Origin: Octopus sinensis | Taxonomy: Eukaryota | Length of the DNA stretch: 37,765 bases | NCBI RefSeq assembly: GCF_006345805.1 | Contig: NW_021835852.1 | Coordinates: 1 to 37,765, forward strand | Reading direction: 5' to 3' | Part shown: positions 23,019-35,514 of the stretch, piece by piece | Numbering within the stretch: position 1 is the first letter of the stretch | How the letters are laid out: each line of letters opens with the position of its first letter | Translations under genes and position numbers: made by a program | Notes under the pieces: generated by a model | Seen by the model: the letters and a program-made list of their open reading frames with translations, nothing else | Databases searched by the model: none | Told to the model about the DNA's origin: nothing

Positions 23019-23509
23019 CATATATGTATATATATATATATATATATTTCTTTTGCCATAATTGTTGTGGTAATAATCTTCTTCCTTCCCCTTCCGAAGA
23101 GCAGAAAAAGAAAAATGCGATTTATTCAATTAATGAGAATAATTACTCATAGAAAAGCAATTATTTAACACAGACAGCAACATCACTTACACGGATATCA
23201 ACAACAATAGCGTGAAGAAATAACGAAACAATAGAATCTAAATGTACATACATGTGTTTGTCATTTTAGCAACGTCAATGATAACAGAGACAATTGGGAT
23301 GACAGTGAAACAGATGAACGAAACAATGACAGCAGTAGCAAATTAGGCGCCAGTGAGATTATGTATGTATGTATGTATGTACATAAGTATGTAAGTATCT
23401 ATGTATCTATGCATTTTTGTATATATATTTATTTATTCGTCAATACTTATTTATGTATAAGTACGATTTTAAATATATATTCACTCACATAGCACTCAGA
23501 GACACACGC

Positions 23510-23580
<71 letters not shown>

Positions 23581-23583
<3 letters not shown>

Positions 23584-23691
23584 GATAGAATAAGTACTAG
23601 GCTTACAAAGAATAAGTCCTGGGGTCGATTTGCTCGACTAAAGGCGGTGCACCAGCATGGCCACAGTCAAATGACTGAATCAAGTAAAAGA
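23581..23691 (+). mobile_element. SINE family B 3' tail after (TA)n
   Basis: accgatagaataagtactaggcttacaaagaataagtcctggggtcgatttgctcgactaaaggcgg. Confidence 0.88.
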
Positions 23692-23794
23692 TATATATAA
23701 TTCGTTTTTGGATTTAGTTTGCAAGATTCTCTATGTGAATTAGTGTGTTGAAGCATATTCTGTTATGTCTGGGGAGAGTCATTCTCTTTTAGTG

Positions 23795-25640
23795 CCAACA
23801 ACTATTGAAAAGGTTGTAAGACGCAACGAAAATTTTAGAAAAGATCAAGTTCCTATATTCGGGATACTTTTGAACGTTTTTAAGAACTGAGACTGTGTCG
23901 AGAACTGTTTTTGGTAACCGCGGATGTTTATTCCTTATATTTCAATATTGACCACAATGAAGGGGTAGAAGCATGCATGGATGCCTTCGAAAAGCGGTCA
24001 AACAAAAGTATTCCATCAAATTTTCTCTGTAGATTATTGAGGTTTGTGTTAGAAAGTAACGCAATGAAGTTTAGACAAAGATTTTACCACCAGACGAAGA
24101 GTTGCGCCTCATGGCAGTTAATTGCGCTAATGTCTTCATGATCAAATTCGGGACACAGTTACTGAAGACATTCAAGTCTCTTCATGGTCATGAACCAATA
24201 CTCTGGTTACGGTTCATTGATGACGTATTTTTTCTCTGGGAAGGATCACAGGATAGTTTAATGGACTTCTTGCATTTCTGTGACTGTTATGCTAAAAACT
24301 ATGGCTTTAACTCCAGCATAACATTGACGTCTAGCGTTTCAAAATCTAGCGTTGAATTTTTGGACACAAAAGTCAAGTTTTCTGGAGGAAGAATAGTGAC
24401 AGAGTTATTTTGCAAGTCCACGTCATCCCACATTTATCTCCACCGCCGCTCCAATCATCCACATCATATTATTCGGTCAAATCCGAAATCCCAATTTTTG
24501 AGGATAAAACGGATTTGTACTGACATAGGGGATTACTAATAACATGCAAATGCTTTTGTACGTCATTATGTCAATCGCGGTTACAGTGAATCCCGATTAA
24601 AGGAAACAGCAAAGGAAATAGCTAAAATTAGCAAAGATAGTCAAACCTTCACACATAATTTTAACAAACACAATAGATGACAGAATTCCTTTAGTGATTA
24701 ACTGGCACCGAAATTTCGCTGGCATTTCAAAAATGTTGCATGAAAGTTACCAGCATGTGGCGAAAAAATATCCTCTTTTCAAACAGATATTTCCTCAGCC
24801 GCTTATTGTGGCCTTTAGACGTAATAAGAATAGGAGATAATTATTGACCTCTACATCTGACTCAAAGAAAACGAACATTGGAGTTTCTGCACGCTGTACA
24901 TTGAAAAACAGTCGCAAGAGAGGTAAGCTCTGTTCATTGTGCAACAACAATAGTCAAGTGAATTCCACCACCAGGTATCATAACAGAAATGTTATGATTT
25001 ATATAGAATGTGGGACATGTAGAGATTCCCATTTGGTGTACGCGGCAGAATCCACGAAACGCAACTTGAATAATGTTGGTTGTACAACAGAACAATTAAA
25101 CAAAAAGTTTAATGGGCAAAGATTCGAGGTCAGGCACAATAACAGTAGTTCGACAGAAGTTGCTGAACATTTCGTTTCAAGCGGCTGCAATTTTGAAAAA
25201 GACTTGAAAGTGAATATTCTCAGAAAGCATGTGAACTATGTTTGCGGGCTATTAACATCACACCCTGGAGGAATGAATAAAATGACAGGCGAATATCATC
25301 AAATTTATACAAAACTGTTTCATTAAATATTCTTCTTTTTCTCTTTTTTCTTTCCTTTTTTTTTCTGTTTTTTTTCTGTCTTCTTTTTTCTGTCTTTTTT
25401 CTTTTCGACTTTTATAAAATTAAAACTTAAAGACTGATGATGTCATTCCATCAACGTGTGAACGCTGGTTGTTCTCGTTCATACTTTTTGATTTAAATTT
25501 CTATAATTTCTATAATTTGAATTTTTATCACTTCTTATTTTGAACTTGACAAAGACAGACGTACTGTTGAAATATCATGCACTCAATAAAATATCTATCA
25601 CAATCGAATCGCGCTCTTCGTCTTGATTGTTTACCTTTGT
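23795..25640 (+). mobile_element. Penelope-like retroelement, decayed (RT, GIY-YIG endonuclease and 3' pLTR-like region)
   Basis: LVTADVYSLYFNIDHNEG, WLRFIDDVFFLW, VEFLDT, YLHRRSNHPHHI..SQFLRIKRIC, then TCRDSHLVYAA..VGCTTEQLNKKFNGQ..VAEHF (GIY-YIG-like); frameshift near 24110 and a stop at 24537-24539; AATAAA at 25585. Confidence 0.92.
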
Positions 25641-25663
25641 GAAGCGCTATGTCAATCCTTTTC

Positions 25664-25697
<34 letters not shown>

Positions 25698-25703
25698 GTG
25701 GTG

Positions 25704-25735
<32 letters not shown>

Positions 25736-25749
25736 GATGATGATGGTGG

Positions 25750-25807
<58 letters not shown>

Positions 25808-25842
25808 GATGATGATGGTGGTGATGATGATGAGGATGGTGG

Positions 25843-25887
<45 letters not shown>
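25664..25887. repeat. (GAT)n tract with GGT interruptions
   Basis: Direct inspection. Confidence 0.98.
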
Positions 25888-25888
<1 letters not shown>

Positions 25889-25904
25889 AATAATTATCTT
25901 TTCT

Positions 25905-26046
25905 ACTATAATCACAAGGCCTGAAATTTGGGGAGACGATATCAATTACATCGATCCTAGTGCTTTAACTTGTACTTATTTCGACCCCGAAGGATGAACG
26001 GCAAAGTCGACCTTGGCGGAATTTGAATAATAATAATAACAACAAC

Positions 26047-26129
<83 letters not shown>

Positions 26130-26235
26130 TGATGATGATGATGATGATAATAATAATAATGTCTACTGGGGTCGATTTGTTCAACTAAAACATTCAAACC
26201 GGTGCCCTAGCAGGGCTACAGTCCAATGACTGAAA
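25905..26235. repeat. SINE A fragment (-), then (TAA/CAA/GAT)n, then SINE B tail (+)
   Basis: cgaccccgaaggatgaacggcaaagtcgacc; trinucleotide run 26026-26160; ctggggtcgatttgttcaactaa. Confidence 0.75.
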
Positions 26236-26811
26236 AAAAAAAAGATGATGAAATATACGATTGGAGTAGATAACGACGAGTATGTCACGTGACTTCTAAC
26301 CATGTTTTTCTAATAGACTGAATGACGGGCCAATTTATATCAAAATCTTTCACAACTCCATTGTCATTGTGCATGTTTTAATCATTCATTTCATATATTT
26401 TGATTAGTTTTATGTTTGTTTCTTCTGTTAAATTCTGGTGAGGATCTAAATCATTTATTATGAAGGTTTTTTTTTTTGTATGTACCTGTTACTGCTGTAT
26501 GTCATATTTGTCACCAACACATGTTTTTACCTGTCATCTTTATATGACTTATTTGTCATTGCATTATAACACATGTTAATCTAGGAAATGGTTATTGAAG
26601 AAGAGCCATAGAAAGTGTGTAGCCAATAAATGAACATTTTCATATATATATATGAACCCAATATGTGTGTGTGCGCGTGTGTGTGTAATTATGTATGTAT
26701 GTATGTGTTCATGTTTCATACTGCTTATGAAAGAAAAGCACAATGCATATACATACATGAATACATACATAAACACATACATACATACATACATACAAAC
26801 GTTCTTTCTTT

Positions 26812-27059
26812 CTCGCCCTTTTAAAGCCTAGCCAGATTCATGGGCCCGGTTTCCCGGTTTCTATGGCGTATGTGTTCCCCAGCTGGACGGGACGCCAGTC
26901 CATCGCAGCGTTACTCATTTTTGCCAGCTGGGTGGACTGGAGCAACGTGAAATTAAGTGTTTTGCTCAGGAACACAACGTGTCGCCCGGTCCAGGAATCG
27001 AAACCACAATCTCGCGATCATGATGCTGACACCCTAACCACCAAGCCACGCGCCTCCAC
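26812..27059 (-). mobile_element. tRNA-derived SINE with V-domain-like core
   Basis: Minus head GGAGGCGCGTGGCTTGGTGGTTAGGG..GGTTTCGATTCC; CTGCGATGGACTGGCGTCCCGTCCAG resembles the V-SINE domain as recalled. Confidence 0.8.
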
Positions 27060-27321
27060 TCATACATACATACATACATACATACATAAAACAGCCATCT
27101 GTTTATCATATAGAATATAAGTGCATCACGAAAACCGAAGTTACGCACCTATACGTTCGAACATAATCACTTTTATGGGCGTATTGTGTTTAAAAACAGA
27201 ATATTGGAAGCATGCGAAAATCCTCCATGGAACAGCTGGTGGGAATGCAAGATGCCCATTTCTGCTTCGTTGAACGTTGTCAACACGTGCTCACAGAGCT
27301 GAAGTTAAGTTCCCATACATA

Positions 27322-27545
27322 CACATCGGACGCTAGTGGGTAGTTTATTAAGTTGACAGTTTTCGCTTAACTCTCAAGGAAACGGATGGTTTCCTTTATT
27401 TGCTCCGTGACGGGGTAATGGCATGCTTGTAAAATGGAATCTTCACTTCGGAAACCTCTTTTTTCTATTTTACGTTCCTTTTCGCCATGCCAATATTGAT
27501 TATCTCACCTTCCTTCTATCTTTCAATTAGTTTGTTTCTTATGAG
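27322..27545 (+). repeat. Long inverted repeat, left arm
   Basis: ctagtgggtagtttattaagttgacagttttcgcttaactct...gttccttttcgccatgccaa.attgattatctcaccttc is the reverse complement of 28845-29083. Confidence 0.92.
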
Positions 27546-27934
27546 TGAGTATATATGTATGTACGTATGAATGTGCGCGCACAACTACTTCAAAAGATAC
27601 AGCCTTGTGACATACTATGCCACACTGATTCTGCTTGAGAACTACATTATGGTTATGTGTCTCTGGAATACACGGCCACTTGCACGTTAGTTCAGGAGCA
27701 GATAATTCAGTTGATCATAAAACTGAAACCTCTTCGTCGAACAATAAAGATCCACCACTACCATATGGAAATATATGTATGAGCCTTTGTGTATGTATAA
27801 GTGCATATGTATGTATGCATGTATATGTGTATATGTATGTGTGTATGCATAGCATTAATTTATATCATTTCTATATTGCAATATTATATATTGTTTTCCT
27901 CATTTGAGTCATTGTATTATCTGACGAGGTGTGG

Positions 27935-28490
27935 TAGTAACTGAGTCGGTATGTTGTCTTTTTTTTTCTTTTGGAAGTGGACCTGTCTGCTTGTATGTAA
28001 ATGGATTCAGCAACTTGTTGGAGTGTCGGATCCCACGAAAGCTTGAAAAAGTTTTCTACTCCGATATTGTTACCGACCACATGTTAACAACATTACTAGT
28101 TGGAACAATGAGATTGGTTTCTTTTCTCTATAATCACACCAGTGTACATTTCTATTCTTTGGGTCGTTTCTCCTATGTCGGTTGTACTAATATCTATACA
28201 CTGTTACCCGACACCTCATGCTATTCCCTTGGCAAACAATAAATGCTCGCAATTATAATACACATACAAAATGTAATAACTTAATCATTAATGTTTTCAA
28301 ATTTATATTGGATATGGTAAACACCAATTTGAGACATAGTATCATAGCAGGTCCTAGCCAAAAATCGAATGATGGCTTGAATTGTGTCAAAGATCAACGT
28401 CTGGGAAATGTCTTATTAGAAAAGAAAACGAAAGCAAAATTTTATAGGAGACAGTTTTCTCCGAGACCTTTCCTCTAAAAGGGCACCCAC
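27935..28490 (-). mobile_element. Highly decayed Penelope-like linker and GIY-YIG remnant
   Basis: Minus-strand pieces VPF/RGKVSEK, NKTFPDVDL, DIGETTQRIE (approximately YIGET.R.L), RNQSH, VENFFKL and QVAESIYIQ occur in the expected order; many stops. Confidence 0.5.
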
Positions 28491-28797
28491 GTGTCAAGGG
28501 TGCTTGACTTCAGATTCTTCCGTTCTCCAAATTATTTTACTGCATTCCCAGATATTTCTACTCAACGCCTAAAACACACACATACACACGCATACGCACA
28601 CACACACACACACACCACACACACACACATACGCACACACACATATATATATTCTTAGTGGATTTTCCGTTTTTCCGTATTCTAGGTAGTTAGTCCCGCA
28701 AGACTAAGCTTCCCATGAGGTGAGTTTTACAGCACCAAACAACAATCTGGCATTTACCTCCGTGGTAGCTTAATACATACATACGTGTGTGTGTGTG

Positions 28798-28834
<37 letters not shown>

Positions 28835-28844
28835 CACATACGTA

Positions 28845-29083
28845 CATAAGAAACAAAAAAAAAACAAAGAAGAGAAATTGAAAGAAAGAGAGAAGGTGAG
28901 ATAATCAATGTTGGCATGGCGAAAAGGAACGAAAAAATAGAAAAAAGAAGTTTCCGAAGTGAAGTTTCCATTTTACATGCATGCCGTTACCACGTCACCG
29001 AGCAAATAAAGGAAACCAGCCGTTTCCTAAGAGTTAAGCGAAAACTGTCAACTTAATAAATTACCCACTAGAGCCCGGATGTA
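28845..29083 (-). repeat. Long inverted repeat, right arm
   Basis: Reverse complement of 27322-27545. Confidence 0.92.
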
Positions 29084-29780
29084 CGCTTTAACTAACTTAC
29101 TATTTTCTGTTTGTTTTTATTTCATTGCGTTTATCTGTGTATCTTAATAGAAAGTGGCCGGATGTTAAAGTGTCTATTGCTCTCTTAACTCAGTGGGAGA
29201 TAATTAATTTCGTATTTAGGCACAAGACCAGAAAATAAAATAGAATTGCAATGGAGGAGAATAGTGAAACTGCCTCTTTTATTTATCTATTTTTTTAAAA
29301 GTCTCTAAATAGCCATAAAGGACATTAGGAATGTGAATATATTCAGACCAGTGAATTTTTTCTCATGCTCTGCGACGCTCGCATCTCATAGATGATTCGC
29401 TGAACTGAATGAAATTTGAGCGACTTCGTTGGCTCACTTAGTTCTCTGGCGCCTTGTGAAATGTTTCTGGAAAAATTCAGTCAAGTCTAACTGACCATCT
29501 GTTTTAGACCTGTCTCTGTATGAGTTTGTGTATGTATTTGTGTGTGTGTCTTTGATGGTAGGAACAAGAGATTAAGTACTTAATACATGGTGAAAACTTC
29601 CTTATTCGTTTGGAGTGAATGAGTGGTTCTTTTGATGGTTTAAAAGAATATGGTTACCGTATTTGTAACTTTTCCTATGTGTTTTATCTGTTGTCCGTGC
29701 ATAATCTTCCCTCATATATATTTGTACATGCATGCATATACACATACACGCATGCATACATAATTATATATATATTGATA

Positions 29781-29945
29781 GGTGTAGGAGTGGCTATGTG
29801 GCAAGTAGCTTGCTTACGAACCACATGGTGCCGGGTTCAGTCCCACTGCGTGGCACCTTAGGCAAGTGTCTTATACTATAGCCTCGAGCCGACCAAAGCC
29901 TTGCGAGTGGATTTGGTAGTCGGAAACTGAAAGAAGCCCGTCGTA
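29781..29945 (+). mobile_element. SINE family B 5' half
   Basis: ggagtggctatgtgg..ccgggttcagtcccactgcgtggcacctta ggcaagtgtc (CORE-like). Confidence 0.88.
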
Positions 29946-29949
29946 TATA

Positions 29950-29997
<48 letters not shown>

Positions 29998-30007
29998 AAC
30001 ACACACA

Positions 30008-30160
30008 CGATGGGCTTCTTTCAGTTTCCATCTACCAAACCCATTCACGAAGCTTTAGTCATCCCGAAGATACAGTCGGAAAAACTTGTCCAAGGTGCTA
30101 CGCAGTTGGACTGAACCCGGAACCACGAGGTTTGGAAGCTAGTTCTTACCACATCTGCGC
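30008..30160 (-). mobile_element. SINE family B 5' half, inverted
   Basis: cgatgggcttctttcagtttcc...gactgaacccggaacc. Confidence 0.82.
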
Positions 30161-30348
30161 CTTGTCTAGAGATAATTTCCAGTAAGTCAAGAATTTATAT
30201 TACATGGTATTTGATATACCTGTATTTGTCTATGTATATACGTACGTACGAATAACTGCAGTTATTGGATAAAAGAATGACGATTTAAATAAAACTCTGT
30301 TGGGAATATCATTAATACGAGAATTTATTTGTAGAATCCATAAAATAT

Positions 30349-30750
30349 ATTTCTTTATTGCCCACCGGGGGCTAAACAAAGAAGGGACAAACAAGGACAG
30401 ACAAAGGGCTTAAGTCGGTTACGTTGACCCCAGTACGTATCTGGTACTTATTTAATCGACCCCGAAAAGTAAAGTCAACCTCGGCGGAATTTAAACTCAG
30501 AATGTAACGACAGACGAAATACCTATTTCTTTACTACCCACAAGGAGCTAAACATAGAGAGGACAAACAAGGACAGACAAACGGATTAAGTCGATTATAT
30601 CGACCCAGTGCTTAACTGGTACTTAATTTATAGACTTCGAAAGGATGAAAGGCAAAGTCGACCTCGGCGGAATTTGAAATCAGAACGTAGCTGCAGACGA
30701 AATACTGCTAAGCATTTCACCCGGCGTGCTAACAGTTCTGCCAGCTCACC
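30349..30750 (-). mobile_element. SINE family A dimer
   Basis: Two units with the junction at about 30522. Confidence 0.85.
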
Positions 30751-31529
30751 ATCCTCAATCCATGAAATATATTACACGTATTTATTTAGTCAATCGTAAT
30801 TCTAATTTGGAAATATGGTCTTACCGTAGAAACAGTTATTTCAAGGTATTTTAACTTTCTTAAACATGTTCAATATTCGAATTCAAGTAATCACAATCCG
30901 CTATACAACCGCTGAACCGAACTAGAATATTTACTTAAGCAATGTTCGAAGAAGTGGAAAAGCCCAAACCAAGGCAATGGAAGTTATAGATGATAAGATA
31001 TAAACGCTTGCACACACACACACAGACAAATGGATATATATATACATATATGTAGAAATTCTATCTCATGCTTATAATGCAGAACATCTATCAATTTAAG
31101 AGTACAGAGAAAAACCAATTATTATTTAATACATCACATCCCAAACATAGGATACAATACACTCACTCCATTAATCAATTTGTAACACGAGTTAAGCATA
31201 ACTCCATTTGATATAAAATTAATATTACCATCATGAAATAAACCGCTCGATATCAGAGTTTATATTAAAACCTTGAAGAATAAAAGAAATCTTACGAGCC
31301 GGCTATTATCTTATAATGTGGTAGTTAATTGTATTGAACTGCTATATAAAGCTCTGAATTCTGTTAAACACGTAAAATACAAATATATATTTATTTACTG
31401 ACTGTTTACGTTGTTGATACACAAATCTTGTTATGATTCAAATGCTACAGTAAGATCCAATAATCTAGGGAGGATTCGTGCAGGAACCAAGATATATATA
31501 TGTACCGTTATAATGTGTGTGATCTATTA

Positions 31530-31843
31530 TCTTTTATACTTGTTTCGGTTATTCGACTGCGGCCATGTTAGAGCACTGTACTGGAGAGGTTTTTAGTCGA
31601 ACGAATCAACCCCAGTACTTAAAAATTTTTTTAAAGCCTTGTACTTATTCTATCCCTCACTTTTACCGAACCGTTAAGTCGAACGAATCGACCCCAGTAC
31701 TTCAAAATTTTTTTAAAGCCTTGTACTTATTCTATCCTTCACTTTTACCGAACCGTTAAGTCTTACGGGGATGTAAACACACCAATAACAGTTGTCATGC
31801 GGTGGGTGGGGGACAAACGCAGACTCAAAGAGACATACAAGCT

Positions 31844-31894
<51 letters not shown>

Positions 31895-32071
31895 CAAACA
31901 CAAACACACACACATATACTAGGACTTCTTTCCAGTTTTCGTCGACCAAACCCACTCACATGGCTTTGGTCGGCCCGATGCCATAGAACAAGAAACTAAC
32001 CCAAGGTTACCTGCAGTGGGAGTGAACCCGGAATCACGTGGTTGGGAGGCAAGCTTCTTACCACACAACCA
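31530..32071 (-). mobile_element. SINE family B with an internal ~82-bp tandem duplication (31595-31762)
   Basis: agtcgaacgaatc.accccagtactt...accgaaccgtta occurs twice. Confidence 0.85.
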
Positions 32072-32224
32072 CATCATTATCCAAAATTCTACTGTCTAAA
32101 GCACACGCATGCTCATACATAAATACACATACAGGCACGAGCACACACCTTCACTCACACATACACACATGCGCGTACGCACACACTGTCACACACACAC
32201 AGACGCTCCCACGTTCATACACAT

Positions 32225-33190
32225 ATAGCTGTGTGGTTAAGATACTTGCTGTGCAACCAATGGGTTTCGAACTCAGTCGAATTGTACGGTACCTTGTAAC
32301 TGAATTCGCTAAATGCACACTGTGAAGAAACTCATCGTACATGTATGTATGTATGTATGTATGTATGTTGTATGTATGTATGCATGTATGTATGTATTGA
32401 AGTATGTATGTATTTATGTATGTATGTATGGTTGGATGGATGTATTAATGGATGGATGAATGGATGTGTGTTGTATGTATGTATGTGTATGAATATGCGT
32501 GTATATGTATATATGTATGTATGAGTGTATGTATGAATGTGTGAGTATATATGCATGTATGAATGAATGTGTGTATGTATGAATGTGTGTGTATGTATGT
32601 ATGTATGTATGTATGTATGTGTGTATATGTATATATATATATGTGTGCATGTATACATGTATGTATGTGTGTGCGCATGTATGTGTGTATGTATGTGTGT
32701 ATGGATGGATGGATGGATGGATGGATGGATGATGTGTGTTGTATATATGTATGTGTTTGAGTATGTATATACGTATGTGTGTGTGTCTGTGTGTATGCAT
32801 GCGCGTATGTATACATATGTATGCATGTATGTATGTATGTATGCATCTATGTATATGTATGTATGCATGTATATATGTATATGCATGTATGTATGTATGT
32901 ATGTATGTATGTATGTATGTATGTATGTATGTATGCATATATGCATGTATGTATGCATGCATGTATGTGCGTGATTGCGTTCCTTTGAGTTTGTCTGTAT
33001 GTCTCTACTACGACTGCTTGACAATCGGCGTTGGTTTGTACACGTGCCTATAACTTAGCGGTTCAGCAGAGTAAACGATAGAATAAGACCGAGATTGAAA
33101 AAAATACGTGTATGTGTCAATTTGTCCGACTTCATCCTTCAAGGGCGGTGTCCCAGCACATGGCCGCAGTTCAATGATTGAAACAAATAA
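32225..33190 (+). mobile_element. SINE family B whose internal microsatellite is expanded to ~630 bp
   Basis: 5' half 32225-32340; degenerate (TATG/GGAT)n 32340-32970; 3' half 32985-33190. Confidence 0.7.
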
Positions 33191-33484
33191 AAAATTGAAG
33201 TATATATAGATGTGTGTGTGTGTGTGTCTTGGTGGTTACATTCTTACGCTCATGCTCATAAGAGTGTGGCTTCGTTTTTCTAGACCGTTGTATTCTTGTG
33301 AAAAACCCGTCACCTCACTTTGTTCCAGTTCATTTAGCTGAGCGAATTTGGTATATCTCCGAGGGACTGGTGTCGTGGCCTATCGTGGAATATCTAATCT
33401 GGAGACTCCGGGAAAATACCTCACGAGCCTATGCTTCGGGAGGAATTTTGATACATTTGTGTGTGCACATATGTATATATACAT

Positions 33485-33531
<47 letters not shown>

Positions 33532-33564
33532 ACATACATATATACACATATATATATGCATATA

Positions 33565-33596
<32 letters not shown>

Positions 33597-33632
33597 GTAT
33601 TATACACACACACACACACACACACACACCAC

Positions 33633-33706
<74 letters not shown>

Positions 33707-33708
33707 CA

Positions 33709-34106
33709 GGAGTGGCTTTGTGGTAGTAGCTTGCTAACCACCCACATGGTTCCGGGTTCAGTCCCACTGCGTGGCATCTTGGGCAAGTGTCTTCTGCTAT
33801 AGCCCCCAGCCGACTAATGCCTTCTGAGTGGATTTGGTAGACGGAAACTGAAAGAAGCCTGTCGTATATATGTATATATATATATGTATGTGTGTGTCTG
33901 TGTTTGTCCCCCTAGCATTGCTTGACAATCGATGCTAGTGTGCTTACGTCCCCGTCACTTAGCGGTTCGGCAAAAAGAGACCGATAGAATAAGTACTGAG
34001 CTTACAAAGAATAAGTCCCGGGGTCGATTTGCTCGACTAAAGGCGGTGCTCCAGCATGGCCGCAGTCAAATGACTGAAGCAGGTAAAAGAGTAAAAGAGT
34101 AAAGAG
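33709..34106 (+). mobile_element. tRNA-derived CORE-like SINE family B, full length (reference copy)
   Basis: A-box TGGCTTTGTGGT; B-box-like GGTTCAGTCCC; CTTGGGCAAGTG core; internal (TA)(TG); tail (GTAAAAGA)n. Confidence 0.9.
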
Positions 34107-34194
34107 TATATATATATATCTGCATAATTTCTTGTTCTTTTACTATTTATATAATCCCTTATATATATTACATATACATATATATATATGTGTA

Positions 34195-34236
<42 letters not shown>

Positions 34237-34287
34237 TATATGTATATATATGCATACGCACACACACATATATATATGCATATATAC

Positions 34288-34325
<38 letters not shown>

Positions 34326-34391
34326 ATGCATATATATATACATAAATATATTTAAGCATATATTCATATATATTATATATATATGTATGCG

Positions 34392-34428
<37 letters not shown>

Positions 34429-34793
34429 GCACACACACACTATCTCACAGAAGTATCTACACCCCCAAAATTTCAGTAAAATTTCCGTTATTCTAAGATA
34501 ATACCGAAGGAAATCGAATGAAATTTATACAGAATAAAATATATCACACATGCAAACATAATACAAACTTGGAACAGAAAGCAATAAACATTTTCAAAGA
34601 TATGAATGAAATATTGATTTTTGAAATGTTACAGAAATATGTACACCCTAAAGGAAATTTGCTATATTCAATATTTCATCAACTTTTTTCTTTTATTACT
34701 AAATTCACATATTGCTGATAATTTCAATTCTGATAAATTATTTCTTCTAGAATTTTTGAACTGGCCATTGCTATTGCATCTGCAGGAATTCTG

Positions 34794-34907
34794 AATGTAC
34801 ACTGTATTTTATGAGTTATACATAGTCTTTGGACTAAATTTTTACACGCTAGGCCACTGGAAATGAACATTAATATTAATTTCCATTTCCCTTCGATATA
34901 ATTGAGT
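34794..34907. repeat. ~112-bp direct repeat, copy 1
   Basis: aatgtacactgtattttatgagt..agtctttggactaaatttttacacgctaggccactggaa..catttcccttcgatat. Confidence 0.9.
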
Positions 34908-35265
34908 ATTGTAAGTTTTTGGATAATTTTCGAATTTAAAAAGTTGGCATTTTTTTATTGCCGAGGAGGGGCTGCGTCTGCGCATTAGATTTTGAAAAAA
35001 TTAGGATGTATAAACAAGAGGCACATAAATGATTGCTTCGTGTTTTATATATTTAATCTATGGTGTACCTGTTGACGAAGATTTCACCCAGCGAATATTA
35101 TTTATTTGCTAAACTAAAATCAGAAACCAATTGGTCCAGGAAACTAGATGGTAAAAGATTTTTCATTTCGTTCCTGTCGGAATTTTATCCCTAAGTTTGT
35201 GGTTTTAGAACGTAGCTGTACTTTCTAGCGTGATGAATCCCATGAGTGGATTCCTTATGTGTTTA

Positions 35266-35377
35266 AATGTACACTGTATTTTATGAGTAATACAGTCTTT
35301 GGACTAAATTTTTACACGCTAGGCCACTGGAAGAGAAAATTTCTATTAATTTTCATTTCCCTTCGATATGATTAAGT
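35266..35377. repeat. ~112-bp direct repeat, copy 2
   Basis: Same sequence as 34794-34907. Confidence 0.9.
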
Positions 35378-35483
35378 TTTTTTTTCTCCCCCAAAAGAAA
35401 AGCTCTACTTTATAATTTGTCCCCTCTGTGTTCAGCCCTGTGTGGCTAATAAAGAAACACACACACACACACACACACATATA

Positions 35484-35514
<31 letters not shown>

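Noticed and set aside
27985-28060. KLSWDPTLQQVAE as a CAP/SCP domain exon
   Set aside because: The surrounding motifs fit a decayed PLE GIY-YIG better, and there are no splice signals or other CAP motifs.
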